From: the human T2T-CHM13v2.0 reference genome, Homo sapiens
NCBI RefSeq assembly: GCF_009914755.1
Contig: NC_060948.1
DNA: 64,000 bases
Strand: one strand, 5' to 3'
The notes beneath the pieces were generated by a model. The model saw nothing but the letters and a program-made list of their open reading frames with translations, did not search any database and was not told the DNA's origin. Below, one piece after another: positions 1 through 13,600 of this stretch; the stretch's first letter is position 1; each line of letters starts with the position of its first letter. Position numbers and translations under genes: made by a program.

Positions 1-1428
1 TGAAAAAGAATTGAATGGAATAGAACAGAATGGAATCAAATCGAATGAAATGGAATGGAATAGAAAGGAATGGAATGAAATGGAATGGAAAGGATTCGAA
101 TGGAATGCAATCGAATGGAATGGAATCGAACAGAATGGAATAAAATGGAAGAAAACTGGCAAGAAATGGAATCGAAATGAATGGAGTGTTATGGAACGGA
201 CTCAAAAGGAATTGAATGTAATAGAATGGAGTGGAGTGGACTCGAATATAATGGACTGGAATGGAATGAAATCACATGGAATGGGAACGAATGGAATGGA
301 ATGGAAAGGAATGGAATCGAATGGAAAGGAATCGAATGGAAGGGAATGAAATTGAATCAACAGGAATGGAAGGGAATAGAATAGACGGTAATGGAATGGA
401 CTCGAATAGAATGGACACGAATGCTCAAATTGAATGGACTCGAATGGAATGGAAACGAAAGGAATGTCATCGAATGGAATTGAATGGATTGGAATGAAAT
501 CGCATAGAATGGAGTGGAATCAAATGGAATTGAATCGAAAGGAAAGGAAGCGAATGGACTGAAATGAAATGGAATGGAATTGAATGGAAAGTAATGCAAT
601 GGAATAGAATGGAAGGAAATTTCACGGAATGGAATCAAACTGAATGGAATCAAATCAATGGAATCTAATCAAATGGAATGGAAAGGAATTGAATGGAGTA
701 GATTGGATTGGATGGGATTGGAATGAAATGTACTGGAAAGGACTCGAATTTCATGAAACGGAATGGAATGAATTGGAACGGAATGGACTCGAATGGAATG
801 GAATGTCATGGAATGGCATCAAATGGAATGGCATCAAATGGAATCGAATGCAATGGAATGCTATGGAATGGAATGGAATGCATTGGAATGGAATGTCCTC
901 TAATGGAATGGATTCGAGTGGAATGGAATCGAATATAATGGAGTCGAATGAAATGGAATTGAAAGGAATGGGATCGAATACAATGGAATATACTGGAATG
1001 TAATGTAATGAACTCGAATGTAATTGACTGGAATGGAATGTACATGAATGGAATGTAATCGAATGGAAAGTAATCCAATGGAATAGAATCTAATGCAATA
1101 AAATCGACTCAGATAGAGTAGAATGTAATGGAATGGAGTGCAGTGGAATGGAATGGAATGGAATGGAATGCAATGGAATGGAATGGAATGGAATGGAATG
1201 GGATGGAATGGTATGGAATGGATAGTAATGGACTGGAGTGAAATGGACTGGAAAGGAATGGACTCAAATTGAAAGGGCTCGAAAGGAATGGAGTCAAATG
1301 GAATGGTCTGGAATGGAATGAACACGAATGTAATGCAATCCAATAGAATGGAATCGAATGGCATGGAATATAAATAAATGGAATCGAAGAGAATGGAAAC
1401 AAATGGAATGGAATTGAATGGAATGGAA

Positions 1429-1582
1429 TTGAATGGAATGGGAACGAATGGAGTGAAATTGTATGCAGTAGAAGAGAATAGAATGGAATGCAAGCGAAAG
1501 GAAAGGAATGGATTGGAATGGAATGGAATTCATTGGAATGGAAGGGAATGTAGTGTAATGGACAGGCCTGGAATAAAGTGGA
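1429..1582. other. Classic DYZ1 sex-typing amplicon (154 bp), repeated once per unit
   Basis: Seen: TTGAATGGAATGGGAACGAATGG at 1429-1451 and GGACAGGCCTGGAATAAAGTGGA at 1560-1582 (reverse complement TCCACTTTATTCCAGGCCTGTCC). These match the Y1.2/Y1.1 DYZ1 primers as recalled, not database-checked. The interval includes EcoRI at 1526-1531 and HaeIII at 1565-1568. Confidence 0.88.
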
Positions 1583-1939
1583 ATGCTACGGTCTCGAATG
1601 GAATAAAAATGTATGGAATGGAATGCAATGAAACGGAATCGAATGTCATAGAATGTAATGGAATGCAAAAAAATGGAATCCAAAATCATTGACTGGAAAG
1701 GCTGGGTGTCGAAAGGAATTGACTCCAATGGAATGGAATCGAATGGAATGGAAGTGAATAGAATCGAACTAAATCGAATGGAATGGAATTGATAGGAACG
1801 GAATGGAAAGGAATGCAATGATTTGGCATGGAATGGAATCGAATGGCATCGAATGGAATGGAATGGAATGCAATGGAATGGAATGTATTAGAAAGTAATG
1901 AACTTTAATGGAATGTACTCGAATGGATTCGACTGGAAT

Positions 1940-1954
1940 GGAATGTTCTGGAAG
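1940..1954. promoter_or_regulatory. Consensus heat-shock element 1 (nGAAnnTTCnnGAAn), present in every unit
   Basis: Seen: gGAAtgTTCtgGAAg. Motif match only; binding is not shown. Confidence 0.6.
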
Positions 1955-2219
1955 TGAATGGACTCCAATGGAATGGATTCAAAAGGAATGGAATCGTACG
2001 GAATGGAATCTAATGGAATGGAATTAAATGGAAATGAATCAAATGGAATAGCACGGAATTGAATTGAATGGAATCGAATGCAATGGAATCTAATGAAACG
2101 GAAAGGAAAGGAATGGAATGGAATGGAATGGGCTGGAATGGAAAGGAATCGAAACGAATGGAATGGAATCGAACTGAAGAGACTGGAATGGAATGCACTG
2201 GAATGGAAGGGAGTGTAAT

Positions 2220-2234
2220 GGAAGGTTCTCGAAA
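2220..2234. promoter_or_regulatory. Consensus heat-shock element 2, present in every unit
   Basis: Seen: gGAAggTTCtcGAAa. Motif match only. Confidence 0.6.
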
Positions 2235-3230
2235 AAAATGGAATCGAATGGAATGGAATTGAATGGAACGGAATAGAGTCGAATGGAATTGAATGGAATG
2301 GAATGGACTAGAGTGAAATGGAATCGAACCACAAGGAATGGACAGGAATAGAATGGTCTCGAATTGAATGGAATCGTATGGAATGGCATCAAACGGAATG
2401 GAATGGACAGCCACGGAATGGAATGCACTCGAATGCAATGGAGTCGAAACTAATGGACTGGAATAGAATGGACTCGACTGGTACGGACTCCAATGGAATG
2501 GAATTGAATGGAAGGGAATCGAACGGAATGGACTCGAGGGGAAAAGACTGCAATGGAAAGGTCTCGAATGGAATGGAAATTAATGGAATGGAATGGAATC
2601 GAATGAAATGGAGTCAAAAGGAATGGAATCGAATGGCAAGAAATCGAATGTAATGGAATCGCAAGGAATTGATGTGAATGGAGCGGAATGGAGTGGAATC
2701 CAAAGGAATGGAATCGAATGGAAAGGACTCGAATGGAAATCACTCGAATAGAATGCAATTTAATAAAATAGGATCAAATGTAATGGAATGGAATGGAAAG
2801 GAATCGAAACGAAAGGAATGGAGACAGATGGAATGGAATGGAACAGAGAGCAATGGTATAGAATGGAATGGAATCATCTGGAATGGAATTGAATGGAATG
2901 GAATAATATGAAATGGAATGGAATGGAATGGAATTGAATGCCCTTGAATTAAATGGACTGGAATGGAATGGACTCGAACAGAGTGGAATGGAAAGTGTTG
3001 AGATAGAATGGAATGGACTCCTTTGGAATGGTGTAGTATGCAATGCAATCGACTGGCAGGGAATCAAAAGGAATGTAATGGAATGGATTGGACTGGAATG
3101 CAATGGACTCGAATAGATTGGAAACGGAATGCAAAGGAATGGAATGGAATAGGATGGAATGGAATGGAAAAGAATGGAGTGGAATAGACTAGAGTGGAAT
3201 GGAATGGACTGGAAAGCAATGGACTGGAAT

Positions 3231-3245
3231 GGAACTTTCTTGAAT
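3231..3245. promoter_or_regulatory. Consensus heat-shock element 3, present in every unit
   Basis: Seen: gGAActTTCttGAAt. Motif match only. Confidence 0.6.
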
Positions 3246-3539
3246 GGACTGGAATCAAACGGAATAGAATGCAATGCAATCAAATGGCATGGAATAAAAT
3301 AGAATGAAAGAGAATCAAATGGAATTGAATCGAATGGAATCGAATGGATTGGAAAGGAATAGAATGGAATGGAATGGAATTGTCTCAAATGGAATGGATT
3401 CGAATGGAATGGATTCGAATGGAAGGCAAAGGAATGGAATCTATTGGAATGGACTGTAATGGAATGGAATGGAATGGAATGGAAAGGATTGGAATGGACT
3501 CGAATGGAATGGACTGCAATAGAAAGGATTCGAATGGAA

Positions 3540-6500
3540 TTAAAAAGAATTGAATGGAATAGAACAGAATGGAATCAAATCGAATGAAATGGAATGGAAT
3601 AGAAAGGAATGGAATGAAATGGAATGGAAAGGATTCGAATGGAATGCAATCGAATGGAATGGAATCGAACAGAATGGAATAAAATGGAAGAAAACTGGCA
3701 AGAAATGGAATCGAAATGAATGGAGTGTTATGGAACGGACTCAAAAGGAATTGAATGTAATAGAATGGAGTGGAGTGGACTCGAATATAATGGACTGGAA
3801 TGGAATGAAATCACATGGAATGGGAACGAATGGAATGGAATGGAAAGGAATGGAATCGAATGGAAAGGAATCGAATGGAAGGGAATGAAATTGAATCAAC
3901 AGGAATGGAAGGGAATAGAATAGACGGTAATGGAATGGACTCGAATAGAATGGACACGAATGCTCAAATTGAATGGACTCGAATGGAATGGAAACGAAAG
4001 GAATGTCATCGAATGGAATTGAATGGATTGGAATGAAATCGCATAGAATGGAGTGGAATCAAATGGAATTGAATCGAAAGGAAAGGAAGCGAATGGACTG
4101 AAATGAAATGGAATGGAATTGAATGGAAAGTAATGCAATGGAATAGAATGGAAGGAAATTTCACGGAATGGAATCAAACTGAATGGAATCAAATCAATGG
4201 AATCTAATCAAATGGAATGGAAAGGAATTGAATGGAGTAGATTGGATTGGATGGGATTGGAATGAAATGTACTGGAAAGGACTCGAATTTCATGAAACGG
4301 AATGGAATGAATTGGAACGGAATGGACTCGAATGGAATGGAATGTCATGGAATGGCATCAAATGGAATGGCATCAAATGGAATGGAATCGAATGCAATGG
4401 AATGCTATGGAATGGAATGGAATGCATTGGAATGGAATGTCCTCTAATGGAATGGATTCGAGTGGAATGGAATCGAATATAATGGAGTCGAATGAAATGG
4501 AATTGAAAGGAATGGGATCGAATACAATGGAATATACTGGAATGTAATGTAATGAACTCGAATGTAATTGACTGGAATGGAATGTACATGAATGGAATGT
4601 AATCGAATGGAAAGTAATCCAATGGAATAGAATCTAATGCAATAAAATCGACTCAGATAGAGTAGAATGTAATGGAATGGAGTGCAGTGGAATGGAATGG
4701 AATGGAATGGAATGCAATGGAATGGAATGGAATGGAATGGAATGGGATGGAATGGTATGGAATGGATAGTAATGGACTGGAGTGAAATGGACTGGAAAGG
4801 AATGGACTCAAATTGAAAGGGCTCGAAAGGAATGGAGTCAAATGGAATGGTCTGGAATGGAATGAACACGAATGTAATGCAATCCAATAGAATGGAATCG
4901 AATGGCATGGAATATAAATAAATGGAATCGAAGAGAATGGAAACAAATGGAATGGAATTGAATGGAATGGAATTGAATGGAATGGGAACGAATGGAGTGA
5001 AATTGTATGCAGTAGAAGAGAATAGAATGGAATGCAAGCGAAAGGAAAGGAATGGATTGGAATGGAATGGAATTCATTGGAATGGAAGGGAATGTAGTGT
5101 AATGGACAGGCCTGGAATAAAGTGGAATGCTACGGTCTCGAATGGAATAAAAATGTATGGAATGGAATGCAATGAAACGGAATCGAATGTCATAGAATGT
5201 AATGGAATGCAAAAAAATGGAATCCAAAATCATTGACTGGAAAGGCTGGGTGTCGAAAGGAATTGACTCCAATGGAATGGAATCGAATGGAATGGAAGTG
5301 AATAGAATCGAACTAAATCGAATGGAATGGAATTGATAGGAACGGAATGGAAAGGAATGCAATGATTTGGCATGGAATGGAATCGAATGGCATCGAATGG
5401 AATGGAATGGAATGCAATGGAATGGAATGTATTAGAAAGTAATGAACTTTAATGGAATGTACTCGAATGGATTCGACTGGAATGGAATGTTCTGGAAGTG
5501 AATGGACTCCAATGGAATGGATTCAAAAGGAATGGAATCGTACGGAATGGAATCTAATGGAATGGAATTAAATGGAAATGAATCAAATGGAATAGCACGG
5601 AATTGAATTGAATGGAATCGAATGCAATGGAATCTAATGAAACGGAAAGGAAAGGAATGGAATGGAATGGAATGGGCTGGAATGGAAAGGAATCGAAACG
5701 AATGGAATGGAATCGAACTGAAGAGACTGGAATGGAATGCACTGGAATGGAAGGGAGTGTAATGGAAGGTTCTCGAAAAAAATGGAATCGAATGGAATGG
5801 AATTGAATGGAACGGAATAGAGTCGAATGGAATTGAATGGAATGGAATGGACTAGAGTGAAATGGAATCGAACCACAAGGAATGGACAGGAATAGAATGG
5901 TCTCGAATTGAATGGAATCGTATGGAATGGCATCAAACGGAATGGAATGGACAGCCACGGAATGGAATGCACTCGAATGCAATGGAGTCGAAACTAATGG
6001 ACTGGAATAGAATGGACTCGACTGGTACGGACTCCAATGGAATGGAATTGAATGGAAGGGAATCGAACGGAATGGACTCGAGGGGAAAAGACTGCAATGG
6101 AAAGGTCTCGAATGGAATGGAAATTAATGGAATGGAATGGAATCGAATGAAATGGAGTCAAAAGGAATGGAATCGAATGGCAAGAAATCGAATGTAATGG
6201 AATCGCAAGGAATTGATGTGAATGGAGCGGAATGGAGTGGAATCCAAAGGAATGGAATCGAATGGAAAGGACTCGAATGGAAATCACTCGAATAGAATGC
6301 AATTTAATAAAATAGGATCAAATGTAATGGAATGGAATGGAAAGGAATCGAAACGAAAGGAATGGAGACAGATGGAATGGAATGGAACAGAGAGCAATGG
6401 TATAGAATGGAATGGAATCATCTGGAATGGAATTGAATGGAATGGAATAATATGAAATGGAATGGAATGGAATGGAATGGAATGCCCTTGAATTAAATGG

Positions 6501-7083
6501 ACTGGAATGGAATGGACTCGAACAGAGTGGAATGGAAAGTGTTGAGATAGAATGGAATGGACTCCTTTGGAATGGTGTAGTATGCAATGCAATCGACTGG
6601 CAGGGAATCAAAAGGAATGTAATGGAATGGATTGGACTGGAATGCAATGGACTCGAATAGATTGGAAACGGAATGCAAAGGAATGGAATGGAATAGGATG
6701 GAATGGAATGGAAAAGAATGGAGTGGAATAGACTAGAGTGGAATGGAATGGACTGGAAAGCAATGGACTGGAATGGAACTTTCTTGAATGGACTGGAATC
6801 AAACGGAATAGAATGCAATGCAATCAAATGGCATGGAATAAAATAGAATGAAAGAGAATCAAATGGAATTGAATCGAATGGAATCGAATGGATTGGAAAG
6901 GAATAGAATGGAATGGAATGGAATTGTCTCAAATGGAATGGATTCGAATGGAATGGATTCGAATGGAAGGCAAAGGAATGGAATCTATTGGAATGGACTG
7001 TAATGGAATGGAATGGAATGGAATGGAAAGGATTGGAATGGACTCGAATGGAATGGACTGCAATAGAAAGGATTCGAATGGAA
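3540..7083 (+). repeat. DYZ1 unit 2 (3544 bp, type A)
   Basis: Near-identical to unit 1; one extra pentamer near 4380. Confidence 0.9.
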
Positions 7084-10000
7084 TTAAAAAGAATTGAATG
7101 GAATAGAACAGAATGGAATCAAATCGAATGAAATGGAATGGAATAGAAAGGAATGGAATGAAATGGAATGGAAAGGATTCGAATGGAATGCAATCGAATG
7201 GAATGGAATCGAACAGAATGGAATAAAATGGAAGAAAACTGGCAAGAAATGGAATCGAAATGAATGGAGTGTTATGGAACGGACTCAAAAGGAATTGAAT
7301 GTAATAGAATGGAGTGGAGTGGACTCGAATATAATGGACTGGAATGGAATGAAATCACATGGAATGGGAACGAATGGAATGGAATGGAAAGGAATGGAAT
7401 CGAATGGAAAGGAATCGAATGGAAGGGAATGAAATTGAATCAACAGGAATGGAAGGGAATAGAATAGACGGTAATGGAATGGACTCGAATAGAATGGACA
7501 CGAATGCTCAAATTGAATGGACTCGAATGGAATGGAAACGAAAGGAATGTCATCGAATGGAATTGAATGGATTGGAATGAAATCGCATAGAATGGAGTGG
7601 AATCAAATGGAATTGAATCGAAAGGAAAGGAAGCGAATGGACTGAAATGAAATGGAATGGAATTGAATGGAAAGTAATGCAATGGAATAGAATGGAAGGA
7701 AATTTCACGGAATGGAATCAAACTGAATGGAATCAAATCAATGGAATCTAATCAAATGGAATGGAAAGGAATTGAATGGAGTAGATTGGATTGGATGGGA
7801 TTGGAATGAAATGTACTGGAAAGGACTCGAATTTCATGAAACGGAATGGAATGAATTGGAACGGAATGGACTCGAATGGAATGGAATGTCATGGAATGGC
7901 ATCAAATGGAATGGCATCAAATGGAATGGAATCGAATGCAATGGAATGCTATGGAATGGAATGGAATGCATTGGAATGGAATGTCCTCTAATGGAATGGA
8001 TTCGAGTGGAATGGAATCGAATATAATGGAGTCGAATGAAATGGAATTGAAAGGAATGGGATCGAATAGAATGGAATATACTGGAATGTAATGTAATGAA
8101 CTCGAATGTAATTGACTGGAATGGAATGTACATGAATGGAATGTAATCGAATGGAAAGTAATCCAATGGAATAGAATCTAATGCAATAAAATCGACTCAG
8201 ATAGAGTAGAATGTAATGGAATGGAGTGCAGTGCAATGGAATGGAATGGAATGGAATGCAATGGAATGGAATGGAATGGAATGGAATGGGATGGAATGGT
8301 ATGGAATGGATAGTAATGGACTGGAGTGAAATGGACTGGAAAGGTATGGACTCAAATTGAAAGGGCTCGAAAGGAATGGAGTCAAATGGAATGGTCTGGA
8401 ATGGAATGAACACGAATGTAATGCAATCCAATAGAATGGAATCGAATGGCATGGAATATAAAGAAATGGAATCGAAGAGAATGGAAACAAATGGAATGGA
8501 AGTGAATGGAATGGAATTGAATGAAATGGGAACGAATGGAGTGAAATTGTATGCAGTAGAAGAGAATAGAATGGAATGCAAGCGAAAGGAAAGGAATGGA
8601 TTGGAATGGAATGGAATTCATTGGAATGGAAGGGAATGTAGTGTAATGGACAGGCCTGGAATAAAGTGGAATGCTACGGTCTCGAATGGAATAAAAATGT
8701 ATGGAATGGAATGCAATGAAACGGAATCGAATGTCATAGAATGTAATGGAATGCAAAAAAATGGAATCCAAAATCATTGACTGGAAAGGCTGGGTGTCGA
8801 AAGGAATTGACTCCAATGGAATGGAATCGAATGGAATGGAAGTGAATAGAATCGAACTAAATCGAATGGAATGGAATTGATAGGAACGGAATGGAAAAGA
8901 ATGCAATGATTTGGCATGGAATGGAATCGAATGGCATCGAATGGAATGGAATGGAATGCAATGGAATGGAATGTATTAGAATGTAATGAACTTTAATGGA
9001 ATGTACTCGAATGGATTCGACTGGAATGGAATGTTCTGGAAGTGAATGGACTCCAATGGAATGGATTCAAAAGGAATGGAATCGTACGGAATGGAAACTA
9101 ATGGAATGGAATTAAATGGAAATGAATCAAATTGAATAGCACGGAATTGAATTGAATGGAATCGAATGCAATGGAATCTAATGAAACGGAAAGGAAAGGA
9201 ATGGAATGGAATGGAATGGGCTGGAATGGAACGGAATCGAAACGAATGGAATGGAATCGAACTGAAGAGACTGGAATGGAATGCACTGGAATGGAAGGGA
9301 GTGTAATGGAAGGTTCTCGAAAAAAATGGAATTGAATGGAATGGAATTGAATGGAACGGAATAGAGTCGAATGGAATTGAATGGAATGGAATGGACTAGA
9401 GTGAAATGGAATCGAACCACAAGGAATGGACAGGAATAGAATGGTCTCGAATTGAATGGAATCGTATGGAATGGCATCAAACGGAATGGAATGGACAGCC
9501 ACGGAATGGAATGCACTCGAATGCAATGGAGTCGAAACTAAAGGACTGGAATAGAATGGACTCGACTGGTACGGACTCCAATGGAATGGAATCGAATGGA
9601 AGGGAATCGATCGGAATGGACTCGAAGGGAAAAGACTGCAATGGAAAGGTCTCGAATGGAATGGAAATTAATGGAATGGAATGGAATCGAATGAAATGGA
9701 GTCAAAAGGAATGGAATCGAATGGCAAGAAATCGAATGTAATGGAATCGCAAGGAATTGATGTGAACGGAACGGAAAGGAATGGAATCCAAAGGAATGGA
9801 ATAGAATGGAATGGAATCGAATGGAAAGGACTCGAATGGAAATCACTCGAATAGAATGCAATTTAATAAAATAGGATCAAATGTAATGGAATGGAATGGA
9901 AAGGAATCGAATCGAAAGGAATGGAGACAGATGGAATGGAATGGAACAGAGAGCAATGGTATAGAATGGAATGGAATCATCTGGAATGGAATTGAATGGA

Positions 10001-10622
10001 ATGGAATAATATGAAATGGAATGGAATGGAATGGAATGGAATGCCCTTGAATTAAATGGACTGGAATGGAATGGACTCGAACAGAGTGGAATGGAAAGTG
10101 TTGAAATAGAATGGAATGGACTCCTTTGGAATGGTCTAGTATGCAATGCAATCGACTGGCAGGGAATCAAAAGGAATGTAATGGAATGGGTTGGACTGGA
10201 ATGCAATGGACTCGAATAGATTGGAAACGGAATACAAAGGAATGGAATGGAATAGTATGGAATGGAATGGAAAGGAATGGAGTGGAATAGACTAGAGTGG
10301 AATGGAATGGACTGGAAAGCAATGGACTGGAATGGAACTTTCTTGAATGGACTGGAATCAAACGGAATGGAATGCAATGCAATCAAATGGCATGGAATAA
10401 AATAGAATGAAAGAGAATCAAATGGAATTGAATCGAATGGAATCGAATGGATTGGAAAGGAATGGAATGGAATTGACTCAAATGGAATGGACTAGAATGG
10501 AATGGATTCGAATGGAAGGCAAAGGAATGGAATCTATTGGAATGGACTGTAATGGAATGGAATGGAAGGGATTGGAATGGACTCGAATGGAATGGACTGC
10601 AATAGAAAGGATTCGAATGGAA
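7084..10622 (+). repeat. DYZ1 unit 3 (3539 bp, mosaic)
   Basis: Type A markers to ~7750, non-A alleles from ~8065, many private variants. Confidence 0.9.
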
Positions 10623-13600
10623 TGAAAAAGAATTGAATGGAATAGAACAGAATGGAATCAAATCGAATGAAATGGAATGGAATAGAAAGGAATGGAATGA
10701 AATGGAATGGAAAGGATTCGAATGGAATGCAATCGAATGGAATGGAATCGAACGGAATGGAATAAAATGGAAGAAAACTGGCAAGAAATGGAATCGAAAT
10801 GAATGGAGTGTTATGGAACGGACTCAAAAGGAATTGAATGTAATAGAATGGAGTGGAGTGGACTCGAATATAATGGACTGGAATGGAATGAAATCACATG
10901 GAATGGGAACGAATGGAATGGAATGGAAAGGAATGGAATCGAATGGAAAGGAATCGAATGGAAGGGAATGAAATTGAATCAACAGGAATGGAAGGGAATA
11001 GAATAGACGGTAATGGAATGGACTCGAATAGAATGGACACGAATGCTCAAATTGAATGGACTCGAATGGAATGGAAACGAAAGGAATGTCATCGAATGGA
11101 ATTGAATCGATTGGAATGAAATCGCATAGAATGGAGTGGAATCAAATGGAATTGAATCGAAAGGAAAGGAAGCGAATGGACTGAAATGAAATGGAATGGA
11201 ATTGAATGGAAAGTAATGCAATGGAATAGAATGGAACGAAATTTCACGGAATGGAATCAAACTGAATGGAATCAAGTCAATGGAATCAAATCAAATGGAA
11301 TGGAAAGGAATTGAATGGAATAGATTGGATTGGATGGGATTGGAATGAAATGTACTGGAAAGGACTCGAATTTCATGAAACGGAATGGAATGAATTGGAA
11401 CGGAATGGACTCGAATGGAATGGAATGTCATGGAATGGCATCAAATGGAATGGCATCAAATGGAATGGAATCGAATGCAATGGAATGCTATGGAATGGAA
11501 TGGAATGCATTGGAATGGAATGTCCTCTAATGGAATGGATTCGAGTGGAATGGAATCGAATATAATGGAGTCGAATGAAATGGAATTGAAAGGAATGGGA
11601 TCGAATAGAATGGAATATACTGGAATGTAATGTAATGAACTCGAATGTAATTGACTGGAATGGAATGTACATGAATGGAATGTAATCGAATGGAAAGTAA
11701 TCCAATGGAATAGAATCTAATGCAATAAAATCGACTCAGATAGAGTAGAATGTAATGGAATGGAGTGCAGTGCAATGGAATGGAATGGAATGGAATGCAA
11801 TGGAATGGAAGGCAATGGAATGGAATGGAATGGAATGGAATGGAATGGGATGGAATGGTATGGAATGGATAGTAATGGACTGGAGTGAAATGGACTGGAA
11901 AGGAATGGACTCAAATTGAAAGGGCTCGAAAGGAATGGAGTCAAATGGAATGGTCTGGAATGGAATGAACACGAATGTAATGCAATCCAATAGAATGGAA
12001 TCGAATGGCATGGAATATAAATAAATGGAATCGAAGAGAATGGAAACAAATGGAATGGAATTGAATGGAATGGAATTGAATGGAATGGGAACGAATGGAG
12101 TGAAATTGTATGCAGTAGAAGAGAATAGAATGGAATGCAAGCGAAAGGAAAGGAATGGATTGGAATGGAATGGAATTCATTGGAATGGAAGGGAATGTAG
12201 TGTAATGGACAGGCCTGGAATAAAGTGGAATGCTACGGTCTCGAATGGAATAAAAATGTATGGAATGGAATGCAATGAAACGGAATCGAATGTCATAGAA
12301 TGTAATGGAATGCAAAAAATGGAATCCAAAGTCATTGACTGGAAAGGCTGGGTGTCGAAAGGAATTGACTCCAATGGAATGGAATCGAATGGAATGGAAG
12401 TGAATAGAATCGAACTAAATCGAATGGAATGGAATTGATAGGAACGGAATGGAAAGGAATGCAATGATTTGGCATGGAATGGAATCGAATGGCATCGAAT
12501 GGAATGGAATGGAATGCAATGGAATGGAATGTGTTAGAATGTAATGAACTTTAATGGAATGTACTCGAATGGATTCGACTGGAATGGAATGTTCTGGAAG
12601 TGAATGGACTCCAATGGAATGGATTCAAAAGGAATGGAATCGTACGGAATGGAATCTAATGGAATGGAATTAAATGGAAATGAATCAAATGGAATAGCAC
12701 GGAATTGAATTGAATGGAATGGAATGCAATGGAATCTAATGAAACGGAAAGGAAAGGAATGGAATGGAATGGAATGGGCTGGAATGGAAAGGAATCGAAA
12801 TGAATGGAATGGAATCGAACTGAAGAGACTGGAATGGAATGCACTGGAATGGAAGGAAGTGTAATGGAAGGTTCTCGAAAAAAATGGAATCGAATGGAAT
12901 GGAATTGAATGGAACGGAATAGAGTCGAATGGAATTGAATGGAATGGAATGGACTAGAGTGAAATGGAATAGAACCACAAGGAATGGACAGGAATAGAAT
13001 GGTCTCGAATTGAATGGAATCGTATGGAATGGCATCAAACGGAATGGAATGGATAGCCACGGAATGGAATGCACTCGAATGCAATGGAGTCGAAACTAAA
13101 GGACTGGAATAGAATGGACTCGACTGGTACGGACTCCAATGGAATGGAATCGAATGGAAGGGAATCGAATGGAATGGACTCGAAGGGAAAAGACTGCAAT
13201 GGAAAGGTCTCGAATGGAATGGAAATTAATGGAATGGAATGGAATCGAATGAAATGGAGTCAAAAGGAATGGAATCGAATGGCAAGAAATCGAATGTAAT
13301 GGAATCACAAGGAATTCATGTGAACGGAACGGAATGGAATGGAATCCAAAGGAATGGAATAGAATGGAATGGAATCGAATGGAAAGGACTCGAATGGAAA
13401 TCACTCGAATAGAATGCAATTTAATAAAATAGGATCAAATGTAATGGAATGGAATGGAAAGGAATCGAAACGAAAGGAATGGAGACAGATGGAATGGAAT
13501 GGAACAGAGAGCAATGGTATAGAATGGAATGGAATCATCTGGAATGGAATTGAATGGAATGGAATAATATGAAATGGAATGGAATGGAATGGAATGGAAT

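Larger units (their letters stand above)
1..3539 (+). repeat. DYZ1 unit 1 (3539 bp, type A)
   Basis: Boundary set arbitrarily at the T(G/T)AAAAAGAATT landmark. Type A markers: GAACAGAAT (~131), GAAAGTAAT (~1891), CGAGGGG (~2535), GGAGCGG (~2680), TGTCTCA (~3381). Confidence 0.9.

Noticed and set aside
661-671. GAATCTAATCA resembling a DUX4 site in some units
   Set aside because: It mismatches the first base of the TAAYYYAATCA-type consensus and is absent from most units; too weak to call.
1366-1378. TATAAA box and several AATAAA hexamers per unit (for example ~139, ~1098, ~1572, ~2762, ~3293)
   Set aside because: These arise easily from GGAAT variants in A-rich sequence and no supporting promoter or cleavage context is visible. 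Yq12 transcripts are reported, but none can be delimited from sequence alone.
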